Part shown: one piece after another, positions 8,963-17,562 of the stretch
Layout of the letters: each line of letters opens with the position of its first letter
Numbering within the stretch: position 1 is the first letter of the stretch
Sequence record: HM208303
Length of the DNA: 57,677 nucleotides
Direction: 5' to 3' (one strand)
Source: Escherichia phage vB_EcoP_24B
The notes under the pieces: generated by a model
Seen by the model: the letters and a program-made list of their open reading frames with translations, nothing else
Databases searched by the model: none
Told to the model about the DNA's origin: nothing
Made by a program: the position numbers and the translations under genes

Positions 8963-10009
8963 TCAGTTATCCTTTAATAACCTATACAGTTTTGTAGGGG
9001 TACATCCTGAGGATATTGTTAAGTTCGTAGCACGCCTTTTCCGCCCATCATCGTATAAACGAAAACCAGTAGTAGACGAATTTTCTGCGTCAAAAACTAT
9101 AGACAGTATAGCGTCCCCAGACTTTTTTTGCCATTCGCATGTGCCGTTAGTTGGTTTCGTCATCTGTAGACGCCAGTCAAGAACGCCATCACTTATAGCT
9201 GAGAGATCGTTTAGTACATCTAGTACGGATTGATATCTTTCATTTGGATCTACATGAATGCATTTGTTCACTATTGTTATTAATTTTTTATGTATATGGG
9301 GAGGATACTCTTTTAATGGATAGCAGCCATTAATTATCGACTCTCTGAGTTGTTCAATCGTGCTAAATGCAGATCTTTCTCTTTCAAAATTATCATGTCC
9401 AACACACATTCTATATATGGTTAATCCTGCCTGATATATGTCATATGTGAAATTATAATCATTTGTTGATAAAGAAAAATATTCCGGTGGCACATGAAAA
9501 TGATATCCAAACTCAGGCGCAGCTCTCGATTCCTCATTGACTAACTGAGATAATCCAAAGTCAGATAGCATGGCCTCATTTCTGTTTGATATCATAATGT
9601 TATTAGGTTTTATATCAAAATGCATAAGACCTTTTGAGTGTATATGATAAAGTCCACTTAAAAATTGAATGGAATACCGTATTATCTCCCTGCTTGTAAG
9701 ATTATTTTTTTTCATTAATTGGTTTAGCGAACCATTATGATAAAATGGCATGGCTATATAGATATTGCTCTCACATTGAGCAGCATACTGAACTTGCACA
9801 ATATTTGGATGTGCATGTTTATAGAGAAGCCTTGCTTCATTAAAGTAGTCGTCGTGGTTAGTGTTTTCTTTTTTTTCTATTTCTTTAATCACCAAGTCAT
9901 GAGCTAGGTGTCTGTCATGAGCCAGATATACTTTTGAAAAACAACCCTGTTCTTCTAGATCACTAATCCATTCGAATTCTACATCAGCTCTTTTGTATGG
10001 AGTTAGCAT
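8963..10009 (-). CDS. Eukaryotic-like (Hanks-type) protein kinase
   Basis: 348 aa; Gly-rich loop EQGCFSKV, VIK lysine, catalytic loop HFDIKPNN, SDFG; about 100-aa C-terminal extension; AT-rich. Confidence 0.85.
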   Translation of the reverse strand: MLTPYKRADVEFEWISDLEEQGCFSKVYLAHDRHLAHDLVIKEIEKKENTNHDDYFNEARLLYKHAHPNIVQVQYAAQCESNIYIAMPFYHNGSLNQLMKKNNLTSREIIRYSIQFLSGLYHIHSKGLMHFDIKPNNIMISNRNEAMLSDFGLSQLVNEESRAAPEFGYHFHVPPEYFSLSTNDYNFTYDIYQAGLTIYRMCVGHDNFERERSAFSTIEQLRESIINGCYPLKEYPPHIHKKLITIVNKCIHVDPNERYQSVLDVLNDLSAISDGVLDWRLQMTKPTNGTCEWQKKSGDAILSIVFDAENSSTTGFRLYDDGRKRRATNLTISSGCTPTKLYRLLKDN

Positions 10010-10464
10010 CCCCTTACCTCCGCAGATAGTGCAGCCAAAACAGCTTCATTTGTTTCAGTTGTAAAACCAGAATTATCGATTCCATTTATATTGCGGTGTG
10101 ACTTCAATATTTCTTTATACTCGATCTCTGTTAGGTTCAATGATGATTTCATGCCAGATTTTCTAATAGTGTAATATTTTCTTACATCACTGCTTGAAAA
10201 TGCTTCTTGAATAACAGCTTCTATATAAAGGCGGTCAATGCTAAGATTATCAGAGTTTGATTCAGTAACGCGTATGGCAGCTAATTCAACATTATATAAA
10301 TTAAGAATGTCGAGGATGTTATTTCTCACATACTTTAATTTTTCTGGTGTGTCTAAGGTCGAAGGTATTTTAATAACATCAACACATTTGAGTGCAGACT
10401 CATTAGTGCAATATACAACAAAAGATGTAACTTTGGGCGCCGCTCTAACACCTAGTATTCTCAT
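10003..10464 (-). CDS. Hypothetical protein (153 aa), translationally coupled to the kinase
   Basis: 7-nt overlap with the kinase start; AT-rich; no motif recognised. Confidence 0.6.
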   Translation of the reverse strand: MRILGVRAAPKVTSFVVYCTNESALKCVDVIKIPSTLDTPEKLKYVRNNILDILNLYNVELAAIRVTESNSDNLSIDRLYIEAVIQEAFSSSDVRKYYTIRKSGMKSSLNLTEIEYKEILKSHRNINGIDNSGFTTETNEAVLAALSAEVRGC

Positions 10465-10531
10465 TTTTTATATCCTATTTTAGAATCAGGCCGCATCTCT
10501 GCGACCATCCATCATCCAAACGTCTCTTCAC

Positions 10532-10873
10532 TCATCCGAAGAAGCAGCAATCCGGGTTAGCACGCACAAGCTCAAGCGCATCAGTCAGCGAAAGTTCAGT
10601 ACTGTACTGATGCCATTTCATATCCTTCCGCATCCAATAGATTTTCCATCTATCCAGAGAACGTATGTACTTGATTCTTGCTGATGGCAGGATGTTTGTT
10701 TCACCTGGATTGCCCTGCCACACGGGGCGCTGTTCGCCGATATCTATCGTTTGGTCATTGATGCTATAAACAATATCCAGTTCATTGCGGATATGTTCAG
10801 GCGGCCTTATGCTTTCAATGAATTGGTGAACTTCTTTTTTTACTGCTTGATATTCAAGGTCATTGAACGCCAT
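10532..10873 (-). CDS. Hypothetical protein (113 aa) immediately downstream of cI
   Basis: Co-directional with cI and the kinase; no motif recognised. Confidence 0.6.
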   Translation of the reverse strand: MAFNDLEYQAVKKEVHQFIESIRPPEHIRNELDIVYSINDQTIDIGEQRPVWQGNPGETNILPSARIKYIRSLDRWKIYWMRKDMKWHQYSTELSLTDALELVRANPDCCFFG

Positions 10874-10933
10874 CTATCCTCCTTACCCAAACGTCTCTTC
10901 AGGCCACTGGTTACCAGCTATGTGACGATGAAG

Positions 10934-11641
10934 TCACGAACTTTTCAGCCACTCCCTTGCCTCGATGTCATCCAGATGGCGAGATTGCTTCAGAATACCA
11001 GCTACATACTCCACCTTTGCTACTTGATGATAAGGCAACGTTATAGGCCTGTGATCCTGGTTAATGCTTGTAAATTGGTATTCTCCATCTCTGTCATAGC
11101 CAAGAACCTTAATCATGTTGTGTCCTTCAACGGTTCTGACAAACACCTCATCACCCGGGAATACTTTGGTGTTAGGCTCAATGAGTACATATTCTCCTGA
11201 TTTTATTCTGGGCCACATGCTGTCTCCTTTCACACGAAGACCAAAGGCATCTGGATCATCGCTATAAATTTTGAGCCACCCATCGCGCTCTTCGGTCATC
11301 TCGATGGCACCATCAACACCAAGAATTGCCTCACCAACCACGCGCACTAACCCTTTTTTTAATTTGCCAACAAATGAAAGAGTATCTTCATCATTCGCTC
11401 CATTTAACGAAGTGCCGTGCTGAAGCCAAACAACATCAACGTTTAGAAATTTCGCAAGCGCATTCATTTTTTCCTGACGCGGTAAAGACTCAGCATTAAA
11501 CCATTTGCTAACGCCTTTGGACGAAAGAGAAAGGGCACGGGCTATAGCCATTCCCCTACCATGTTCATCAAGACCAGCTTCTTTACAGGCTTGCGCTAGC
11601 CGCTGGGCGAATTCTTTGCGCACTTTTTCATTCTGAACCAT
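10934..11641 (-). CDS. cI: CI-type repressor (HTH plus S24 LexA-like autopeptidase)
   Basis: 235 aa; N-terminal HTH, C-terminal GDSMWP serine motif and downstream Lys; divergent from cro. Confidence 0.85.
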   Translation of the reverse strand: MVQNEKVRKEFAQRLAQACKEAGLDEHGRGMAIARALSLSSKGVSKWFNAESLPRQEKMNALAKFLNVDVVWLQHGTSLNGANDEDTLSFVGKLKKGLVRVVGEAILGVDGAIEMTEERDGWLKIYSDDPDAFGLRVKGDSMWPRIKSGEYVLIEPNTKVFPGDEVFVRTVEGHNMIKVLGYDRDGEYQFTSINQDHRPITLPYHQVAKVEYVAGILKQSRHLDDIEAREWLKSS

Positions 11642-11719
11642 GAGTACGATACTAAAGCACTTGCAAAAACTTTCAGTTCAACCATAATACGTACTGAAAG
11701 TACGAAAAAGGATATTCCT
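11642..11719. promoter_or_regulatory. Divergent promoter/operator region between cI and cro
   Basis: 78-bp intergenic with inverted elements ACTTTCAGT (11668-11676) and ACTGAAAGT (11693-11701) and the palindrome CGTACTGAAAGTACG; operator boundaries not resolved. Confidence 0.5.
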
Positions 11720-11947
11720 ATGCAAAATCTTGATGAGCCGATTAAAGGTGTCGGCATCCCTGAAGTTGCGAAGGCTTGTGGAGTTAGCGAAAGGGCTGTC
11801 TATAAGTGGCTCAAAAACGGCTTCCTCCCTAAGACTGAGTTTTTTGGGAAAACTAAATACGCATCAAAAATCGAAGAGATTTCTGGTGGCAAATATCAAG
11901 CAAGCGAAATGCTTGAAATAAGCAAAAAGAACCTTCTGGCTGCATAA
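11720..11947 (+). CDS. cro: Cro-like HTH regulator
   Basis: 75 aa with HTH (VAKACGVSERAVYKWLKNG); first rightward gene. Confidence 0.7.
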   Translation: MQNLDEPIKGVGIPEVAKACGVSERAVYKWLKNGFLPKTEFFGKTKYASKIEEISGGKYQASEMLEISKKNLLAA

Positions 11948-11985
11948 GTAACACCGCTATTTTCACAATGGACATTCGTCCTACG

Positions 11986-12000
11986 TCGCTGACAAAGCGA
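11986..12000 (+). promoter_or_regulatory. Candidate nutR boxB hairpin (UCGCU-GACAA-AGCGA)
   Basis: Same stem-loop architecture and loop sequence as the nutL candidate; located between cro and cII. Confidence 0.35.
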
Positions 12001-12085
12001 GTCCCAATATATCTGACCAACTAAGGCCATATGCGTTTCCACGCATACCTTTCAACTAACTATTCACTATTGGAAATCTTAAGAA

Positions 12086-12385
12086 ATGGAACAAACAAGT
12101 TACAGCAAACTATCCCAGCGTGACGTTGATCGCGCAGAAACTGATTTACTCATCAACCTGTCAACGCTTACCCAGCGTGGTCTGGCAAAGATGATTGGCT
12201 GTCATGAATCGAAGATAAGCAGAACGGACTGGAGGTTTATTGCTTCGGTCTTGTGTGCTTTCGGAATGGCATCAGACATCAGTCCGATTAGCAGGGCTTT
12301 TAAGTATGCGCTTGATGGACTCACCAATAAAAAACGCCCGGTGTGCAAGACCGAGCGTTCTGATCAAATACAAATGGAATTTTAA
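12086..12385 (+). CDS. cII: CII transcriptional activator
   Basis: 99 aa; C-terminal TNKKRP...TERS.QIQMEF matches the lambda CII C-terminus as recalled. Confidence 0.85.
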   Translation: MEQTSYSKLSQRDVDRAETDLLINLSTLTQRGLAKMIGCHESKISRTDWRFIASVLCAFGMASDISPISRAFKYALDGLTNKKRPVCKTERSDQIQMEF

Positions 12386-12407
12386 CAACATCCAACGAGG
12401 TAATTAT

Positions 12408-12551
12408 ATGCGAAAAACGCAGGAAAATAAACGCGTTAATCACCGAAAAGATGTGCTACGTGACCAGTTTTATCAGGGGGTTAATCCAGCAATAGCTGTG
12501 CCACTGAGAGAAATACTTAACAGGTACAAAACTTCGGAGAAGTCAAAATGA
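12408..12551 (+). CDS. Small basic ORF (47 aa) between cII and the initiator
   Basis: Distal part of track ORF 12240-12551; ATG at 12408 preceded by GAGG; ATGA overlap with the next gene. Confidence 0.3.
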   Translation: MRKTQENKRVNHRKDVLRDQFYQGVNPAIAVPLREILNRYKTSEKSK

Positions 12552-13324
12552 GCATGAATCTTATGGCTAAGGCCATGAATATAAAGGTTGGCAACCCACT
12601 GAGAAAACTGGTTCTGATTAAACTTGCCGATAACGCCAATGATAATGGCGAATGCTGGCCTTCATATCAACATGTCGCTGACCAGTGTGAGGTGAGCAGA
12701 TCGACAGTAAAAAGTCACATTAGGGCACTGGAAGAGATGGGGCTTTTGAAAAGGGAATTCAGAAGAAAAGGAGAGCTTAACCAGTCAAACGTTTTTTATC
12801 TGACGCTGGATAATGCACAACAAATCCAACCAGAATCAGGTGGGGCAGGAGCTGCCCGGGGTGGGGCAGGAGCTGCCCTAGGGGGTGGGGCAGGAGCTGC
12901 CCCCAGAACCTATCACTCTTTTGAACCAGTCAATGAACCTAAAAACATTATGTTCGAACATGTCCGAACAGAGTGTGAAAAAACTCCTGACCGTCACGAA
13001 GAAACCGACAAGGCATTCGAGGAAATATTCTGGTGTGCAGGCATGCGGAAAGCCGGGAAGAAAAACGCAGCTTCAGCATTCAGAACACAGTTCAGGGAAT
13101 GGCGTAAAACTACCAGGGGGACGGCAAGCGAGTTTGCCACGATGCTGGCAGAAGACATTGCGTGCAGGCTCGGTAAGCAGTTCGGGTTCGACAGGTTGTT
13201 ACCATCGAGCTACCTGAACGGTCAACGCTGGAACGACGAGAAGCCAGAAACTATTCAACCACAATCCAAACCATCATCCGCAATCACCGTATCGAAAACT
13301 GGCTACGTGTTTTTCGACAGGTGA
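12548..13324 (+). CDS. Replication initiator (O-like, N-terminal winged HTH) containing an iteron array
   Basis: 258 aa; HTH-like N-terminus; central GGAGAA repeats encoded by iterons, analogous to lambda ori inside O. Confidence 0.6.
   Translation: MSMNLMAKAMNIKVGNPLRKLVLIKLADNANDNGECWPSYQHVADQCEVSRSTVKSHIRALEEMGLLKREFRRKGELNQSNVFYLTLDNAQQIQPESGGAGAARGGAGAALGGGAGAAPRTYHSFEPVNEPKNIMFEHVRTECEKTPDRHEETDKAFEEIFWCAGMRKAGKKNAASAFRTQFREWRKTTRGTASEFATMLAEDIACRLGKQFGFDRLLPSSYLNGQRWNDEKPETIQPQSKPSSAITVSKTGYVFFDR
12839..12902. repeat. Three direct copies of GGTGGGGCAGGAGCTGCCC (iteron-like, each an imperfect palindrome)
   Basis: Copies start at 12839, 12860 and 12884, inside the initiator gene. Confidence 0.5.
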
Positions 13325-13434
13325 ACCATGAAATCCAGAATCAAATCGTTACTTATCGCTGGCTATAACCATGGCTGGCTTAGTTCTGCATTCGTTGAGT
13401 TCTGGTTTAACCGTCTCGATCTGAGGTCAGCGTA

Positions 13435-16341
13435 ATGACTCCAAGTGAACTGAGCGACCTGCTTTGGGCGCAGGTTGACAGGGTGGCTCCGCACCTGTTG
13501 CCAAACGGCAAGAAAGAGGGGCATGAGTGGGTTGCCGGTAACGTCAACGGTGACAAGGGAAACAGCCTTAAGGTCAACATTAGCGGCAAGAAAAAATGGG
13601 CTGATTTCGCTGAGGGAGACGGCGGTGACATGCTTGATTTGTGGATGGCATGTCGTGGAATTAACCTGCATCAGGCTATGCAGGAAGCGAAAGCATTTCT
13701 CGGTATCAAGGATGACGATCACCATTTCGATGCCAAACGTGAGAAAAAATTCTCCAGACCTGACCGCAAGAAAATCGCCCGCTACGTTACCAGAACAGAA
13801 TCCCATCTTGAGTACCTGCAATCGCGTGGCATATCGCCAGAAATCGTAAAGCGCTACGAGGTTGTCAGCGGCAAGGTGTGGAATGGAGAGCGGGAACTGG
13901 ATGCTCTGGTGCTTCCGTACAAACGCGATGGTGAGTTGTTGCAGGTCAAGCGAATCAGCACTGAGCGCCCGGACGGGAAGAAAGTCATTATGGCAGAAGG
14001 TGATTGCGAACCTTGTCTGTTCGGATGGCAGGCTCTGGACGCTGGCGTGAGGGCGGTTGTACTTTGCGAAGGCGAAATTGATTGTATGAGCTATGCGCAA
14101 TACGGCATCTCGGCGTTATCCGTGCCGTTTGGTGGCGGGAAAGGCGCTAAGCAGCAGTGGATTGAGTTTGAGTATCACAACCTCGACAGGTTTGAGGAAA
14201 TATTCATCTCGATGGACGTTGATGATGTTGGTCGTGAAGCCGCAAGGGAAATCGCAAGCCGACTCGGTGAACATCGTTGCCGTCTTGTTACTCTGCCGTA
14301 CAAAGACATCAACGAATGCCTGATGAACGGTGTTACCGAGGATGAAATCTGGCAGTACATCGGCACGGCATCCTATTTCGATCCTGAAGAACTCTACAGT
14401 GCGCGAGAGTTTTACCAGGACACTATCAACGCTTTCTACGGCAAGAAGCAGTATCTGTTTAATCCACCGTGGGAATCTCTGGCAGATAAATTCCAGTTCC
14501 GTGAGGCCGAGTTGACGCTGGTCAATGGTGTGAACGGTCACGGAAAGGCATGCCCACTGAATGAGCCTATTCTTTTAGCTGATGGGACATGGACTACTCA
14601 CGGGGATGTAAAAATTGGCGATCAGGTGGCGTCAGTAGACGGCAATCCGTCAACTGTCACTGGGATATTCCCGCAGGGTGTTAGAGATGTTTACCGAGTC
14701 ACATTTGAAGATGGTCGTTATGTTGATTGCGCAGGCGATCACCTATGGGAGGTCACTAGTCGTGGATTCACGAAAGGCGAGAAACGCCGCGTGATTGACA
14801 CCTTCGAGCTGAAGCGGTTGAGTGAAACGAAGAGGCACAAAAATGGCGTTAGGATTCCTGAAATAACTGGTGACTTTGGCGACCACTCAGAGCCATTAGC
14901 ATGGGTTATCGGCTCCCTTCTCGGGGATGGTAGTCTTAGCAATGGGAGCGTGAAGTTTTCAAACGTCGAGCCATACATGATCGAGCGTATGAAGGCTGAA
15001 CTGCCTGATTACAACTTCTCTGGAGATGGTAAGGACTGGCTGATATCAACGGCGCGTGGTCAGGCAAATCCACTCATGGAGACCCTGCGAGGTTATGGAC
15101 TAATGGGGTGCACAGCAAAAAACAAATTCATCCCTCGTGTGTTTTTTTCCGCAAATAAATCAACGCGTATAGGCATGCTGTGTGGTCTGCTTGAAACGGA
15201 TGGGTATGTCGAGAAGGATGGAACGCTTGTTTTTTCCTCAGCAAGTGAAGAACTGCGCAATGGGGTTGTTCAACTGGTTAACTCACTCGGCGGGTCATGC
15301 CGGACGCGAGTTAAAACTGGCGTGACATACACATACAAGGACGATAAGCGGCATGGGATGGATTCATACGAGGCAAGAATCAGACTGACAAGAGAAATCA
15401 GGGAGGCCATCCGTTCACCACGACTCAATGGCAGATTAACTGCGCATCGATTCGAGGGCTGTGGGGTATTCGTCAGGAATGTTGAAAAAATCGGCAATGC
15501 AGAATGCTTGTGTATTATGGTCGATCACCCTCGCCACCTGTATGTAACCAGGGGATATGTGGCGACGCATAACACCGAGGTTGTCGGGCATATGGCACTT
15601 GAGGCAATGCGTCAGGGTGTGAAGACGTGCATCGCGTCACTTGAGCTGAAGCCTGGTATTCTCCTTAAGCGCCTTACCCGTCAGGCGACGTGCTGCAAGA
15701 TGCCGCCAGTGCTGGAAATTGACTCTGCATTTAAATTTTATGACGAAAGACTTTGGGTGTTTGGCCTGACCGGAACGGCGAAAGCCGACAGGCTGATCGA
15801 AATATTCGACTACGCTCGCCGCCGATACGGTATCCAGTTATTCATCATCGACAGCCTGATGAAATGTGGCATAGGCGACGATGACTATAACGGGCAGAAG
15901 GCGTTTGTTGACTCGATTTGCGACTTCAAAAACAAAACAAACTCCCACGTCATTCTCGTTACTCACTCGCGAAAAGGAGACAGCGAAGAAAAACCAACCG
16001 GGAAAATGGACGTAAAAGGCTCTGGAGCGATAACAGACCTGACAGACAACCTTTTCATCATCTGGCGTAACAAGGCTCGCGAGAGAGCGTTACAGAGAGT
16101 TCAGAGTGGTGAAAAGATGTCAGAGAAGGACGAACAGCTACTGGCATCTCCGGCATCTGTTTTGATGCTTGAAAAACAACGTAACGGCGAAGGTTGGGAA
16201 GGTGGTGTCCCGTTGTTCCTTGACGAGCAATCGCACCAGTTCCTGCAACTTGAATCAGGATCGCCATATAGCTACATCGCCAATATGCCGAAATCGGAAT
16301 ATGACGAGGCGTGGCGACAGGAAAACGTGACGGAGTATTAA
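13435..16341 (+). CDS. Bifunctional DNA primase / replicative helicase, interrupted by an intein
   Basis: 968 aa; Toprim motif (VVLCEGEIDC) N-terminally; RecA-like helicase C-terminally (LFIIDSLM Walker B-like); about 341-aa insertion with intein hallmarks. Confidence 0.85.
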   Translation: MTPSELSDLLWAQVDRVAPHLLPNGKKEGHEWVAGNVNGDKGNSLKVNISGKKKWADFAEGDGGDMLDLWMACRGINLHQAMQEAKAFLGIKDDDHHFDAKREKKFSRPDRKKIARYVTRTESHLEYLQSRGISPEIVKRYEVVSGKVWNGERELDALVLPYKRDGELLQVKRISTERPDGKKVIMAEGDCEPCLFGWQALDAGVRAVVLCEGEIDCMSYAQYGISALSVPFGGGKGAKQQWIEFEYHNLDRFEEIFISMDVDDVGREAAREIASRLGEHRCRLVTLPYKDINECLMNGVTEDEIWQYIGTASYFDPEELYSAREFYQDTINAFYGKKQYLFNPPWESLADKFQFREAELTLVNGVNGHGKACPLNEPILLADGTWTTHGDVKIGDQVASVDGNPSTVTGIFPQGVRDVYRVTFEDGRYVDCAGDHLWEVTSRGFTKGEKRRVIDTFELKRLSETKRHKNGVRIPEITGDFGDHSEPLAWVIGSLLGDGSLSNGSVKFSNVEPYMIERMKAELPDYNFSGDGKDWLISTARGQANPLMETLRGYGLMGCTAKNKFIPRVFFSANKSTRIGMLCGLLETDGYVEKDGTLVFSSASEELRNGVVQLVNSLGGSCRTRVKTGVTYTYKDDKRHGMDSYEARIRLTREIREAIRSPRLNGRLTAHRFEGCGVFVRNVEKIGNAECLCIMVDHPRHLYVTRGYVATHNTEVVGHMALEAMRQGVKTCIASLELKPGILLKRLTRQATCCKMPPVLEIDSAFKFYDERLWVFGLTGTAKADRLIEIFDYARRRYGIQLFIIDSLMKCGIGDDDYNGQKAFVDSICDFKNKTNSHVILVTHSRKGDSEEKPTGKMDVKGSGAITDLTDNLFIIWRNKARERALQRVQSGEKMSEKDEQLLASPASVLMLEKQRNGEGWEGGVPLFLDEQSHQFLQLESGSPYSYIANMPKSEYDEAWRQENVTEY
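14551..15573 (+). mobile_element. Intein with LAGLIDADG-type homing-endonuclease motifs
   Basis: Begins at Cys (KA|CPLNEPILLADG), block-B-like TxxH, two LAGLIDADG-like motifs (SLLGDGSL, LCGLLETDGYV), ends His-Asn followed by Thr (ATHN|TEV); in frame, about 341 aa. Confidence 0.75.
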
Positions 16342-16611
16342 ATGAATAAAAAACAATTAGCCATTCTCGAAAAGGCATGGGATGCACAAATATCATACGC
16401 TTTGAAAGAACAGGCACTACCAATAATCCAGACCAAATCGAAAATAGCCAGGCAGTTATGCGATGGCGGATTCCTGAACGAAGTTGAGATTACGCGCCAG
16501 ATGGTAACGTTCAAAGGGTATGAGATAAATCATCATGGTATAGCAGCGTATTGTTCCCATCTTCCTGATGACGTTGACATTGATGAAATGGAAGGGGAGA
16601 TGAAGCAATGA
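16342..16611 (+). CDS. Hypothetical protein (89 aa)
   Basis: ORF directly after the helicase gene; no motif recognised. Confidence 0.5.
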   Translation: MNKKQLAILEKAWDAQISYALKEQALPIIQTKSKIARQLCDGGFLNEVEITRQMVTFKGYEINHHGIAAYCSHLPDDVDIDEMEGEMKQ

Positions 16612-16700
16612 CCATCTACATCACTGAGCTTGTAACAGGCCTGCTGGTAATCGCAGGCCTTTTTATTTGGGGGAGAGGGATTGGAGGCTTTAAGAAATGA
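16608..16700 (+). CDS. Possible small hydrophobic peptide (30 aa)
   Basis: ATG overlapping the upstream stop; MTIYITELVTGLLVIAGLFIWGRG...; below ORF-track cutoff; weak support. Confidence 0.2.
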   Translation: MTIYITELVTGLLVIAGLFIWGRGIGGFKK

Positions 16701-16912
16701 GTACGATAGCTGAGCTTGTCAGGGCTAATTTTCGTGAAGAGTTGGTGCGTTGGTATCGGTATCGTTCATCGTCCAGTTTGCCGCTTGATGAGTTGTATGA
16801 GCATTCACCTGCCGCACGACGCTATCCGCGTGACCGTGTTCTTCGACGGTTGTTCAAACTCAACAATGAGTTTCAGCGCAACAGAATTATCCGGAGTCTG
16901 GATTTAAAGTGA
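16697..16912 (+). CDS. Hypothetical protein (71 aa)
   Basis: ORF in the nin region. Confidence 0.5.
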   Translation: MSTIAELVRANFREELVRWYRYRSSSSLPLDELYEHSPAARRYPRDRVLRRLFKLNNEFQRNRIIRSLDLK

Positions 16913-16916
16913 AGGA

Positions 16917-17159
16917 GTGAGCATGAGCGACCTATCATTAACCCAGCCAAAGCTAAAAGAATGTCCGTTTTGCGGCGGTAATGCTCGTCTGTGGGTTGAG
17001 GCCGGAATAAATATTGATGTGTGGGGCTATGCAGAATGTGACCTCTGTGAAGCCAGGGGGGCATGGGCACCATCAGTTGCTGCGGCGGCTGAAAAATGGA
17101 ACCGGAGAGCAGGAGATGAAGCAAACCTTTCTGCTTCGCAACGAAGCAATCAGAAATAA
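16917..17159 (+). CDS. lar: Lar-family restriction-alleviation protein
   Basis: CPFCGG...CDLC...WNRRAG motif pattern of Lar-like proteins. Confidence 0.6.
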   Translation: MSMSDLSLTQPKLKECPFCGGNARLWVEAGINIDVWGYAECDLCEARGAWAPSVAAAAEKWNRRAGDEANLSASQRSNQK

Positions 17160-17562
17160 CGCCATAGACGCCATTCTCTCACTACCCATCGACGACAAGT
17201 CACCCCACGAAGTCCACGTTAAAGAACCCAAGCGCAGCAAAGCGCAGAATGACCGTATGTGGCCGATGCTGAACGATGTTTCGCGTCAGGTGCTATGGCA
17301 TGGTCAACGGCTGGCGCCGGAAGACTGGAAAGACCTGTTCACTGCCCTGTGGCTTAAGACCAAAAAACTGGAGCAACGAAGTGTGCCTGGTATCGACGGT
17401 GGCGTTGTCATGCTTGGCGTGCGTACCAGCAAAATGCGGAAGGCCAGCATGACTGAGCTTATCGAAATCATGTTCTGGTTCGGCTCAGAGCGCAACGTGC
17501 GGTGGAGTGATGACTCCCGGCGAGAGTATGAATGGTCACAACGAAAAGGTAGGGCTGCATGA
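17116..17562 (+). CDS. ninB: NinB (Orf recombination mediator)
   Basis: Start taken at the internal ATG 17116 with GGAG upstream; resembles lambda NinB (...DVSRQV.WHG...SWK..FTA...SDD.R). Confidence 0.85.
   Translation: MKQTFLLRNEAIRNNAIDAILSLPIDDKSPHEVHVKEPKRSKAQNDRMWPMLNDVSRQVLWHGQRLAPEDWKDLFTALWLKTKKLEQRSVPGIDGGVVMLGVRTSKMRKASMTELIEIMFWFGSERNVRWSDDSRREYEWSQRKGRAA

Noticed and set aside
12240-12407. Upstream portion of track ORF 12240-12551 overlapping cII in another frame
   Set aside because: Overlaps the well-supported cII frame; only the distal 47 codons from ATG 12408, which have their own ribosome-binding site, were kept as a low-confidence feature.
13328-13435. 35-codon ORF between the initiator and primase-helicase genes (MKSRIKSLLIAGYNHGWL...)
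   Set aside because: No recognisable ribosome-binding site or motif; could be translational-coupling spacer; evidence too thin to call a gene.
13363-14100. 245-aa minus-strand ORF and several shorter ORFs overlapping the primase-helicase gene
   Set aside because: Antisense to a gene with clear Toprim and helicase motifs; no independent start context or motifs.
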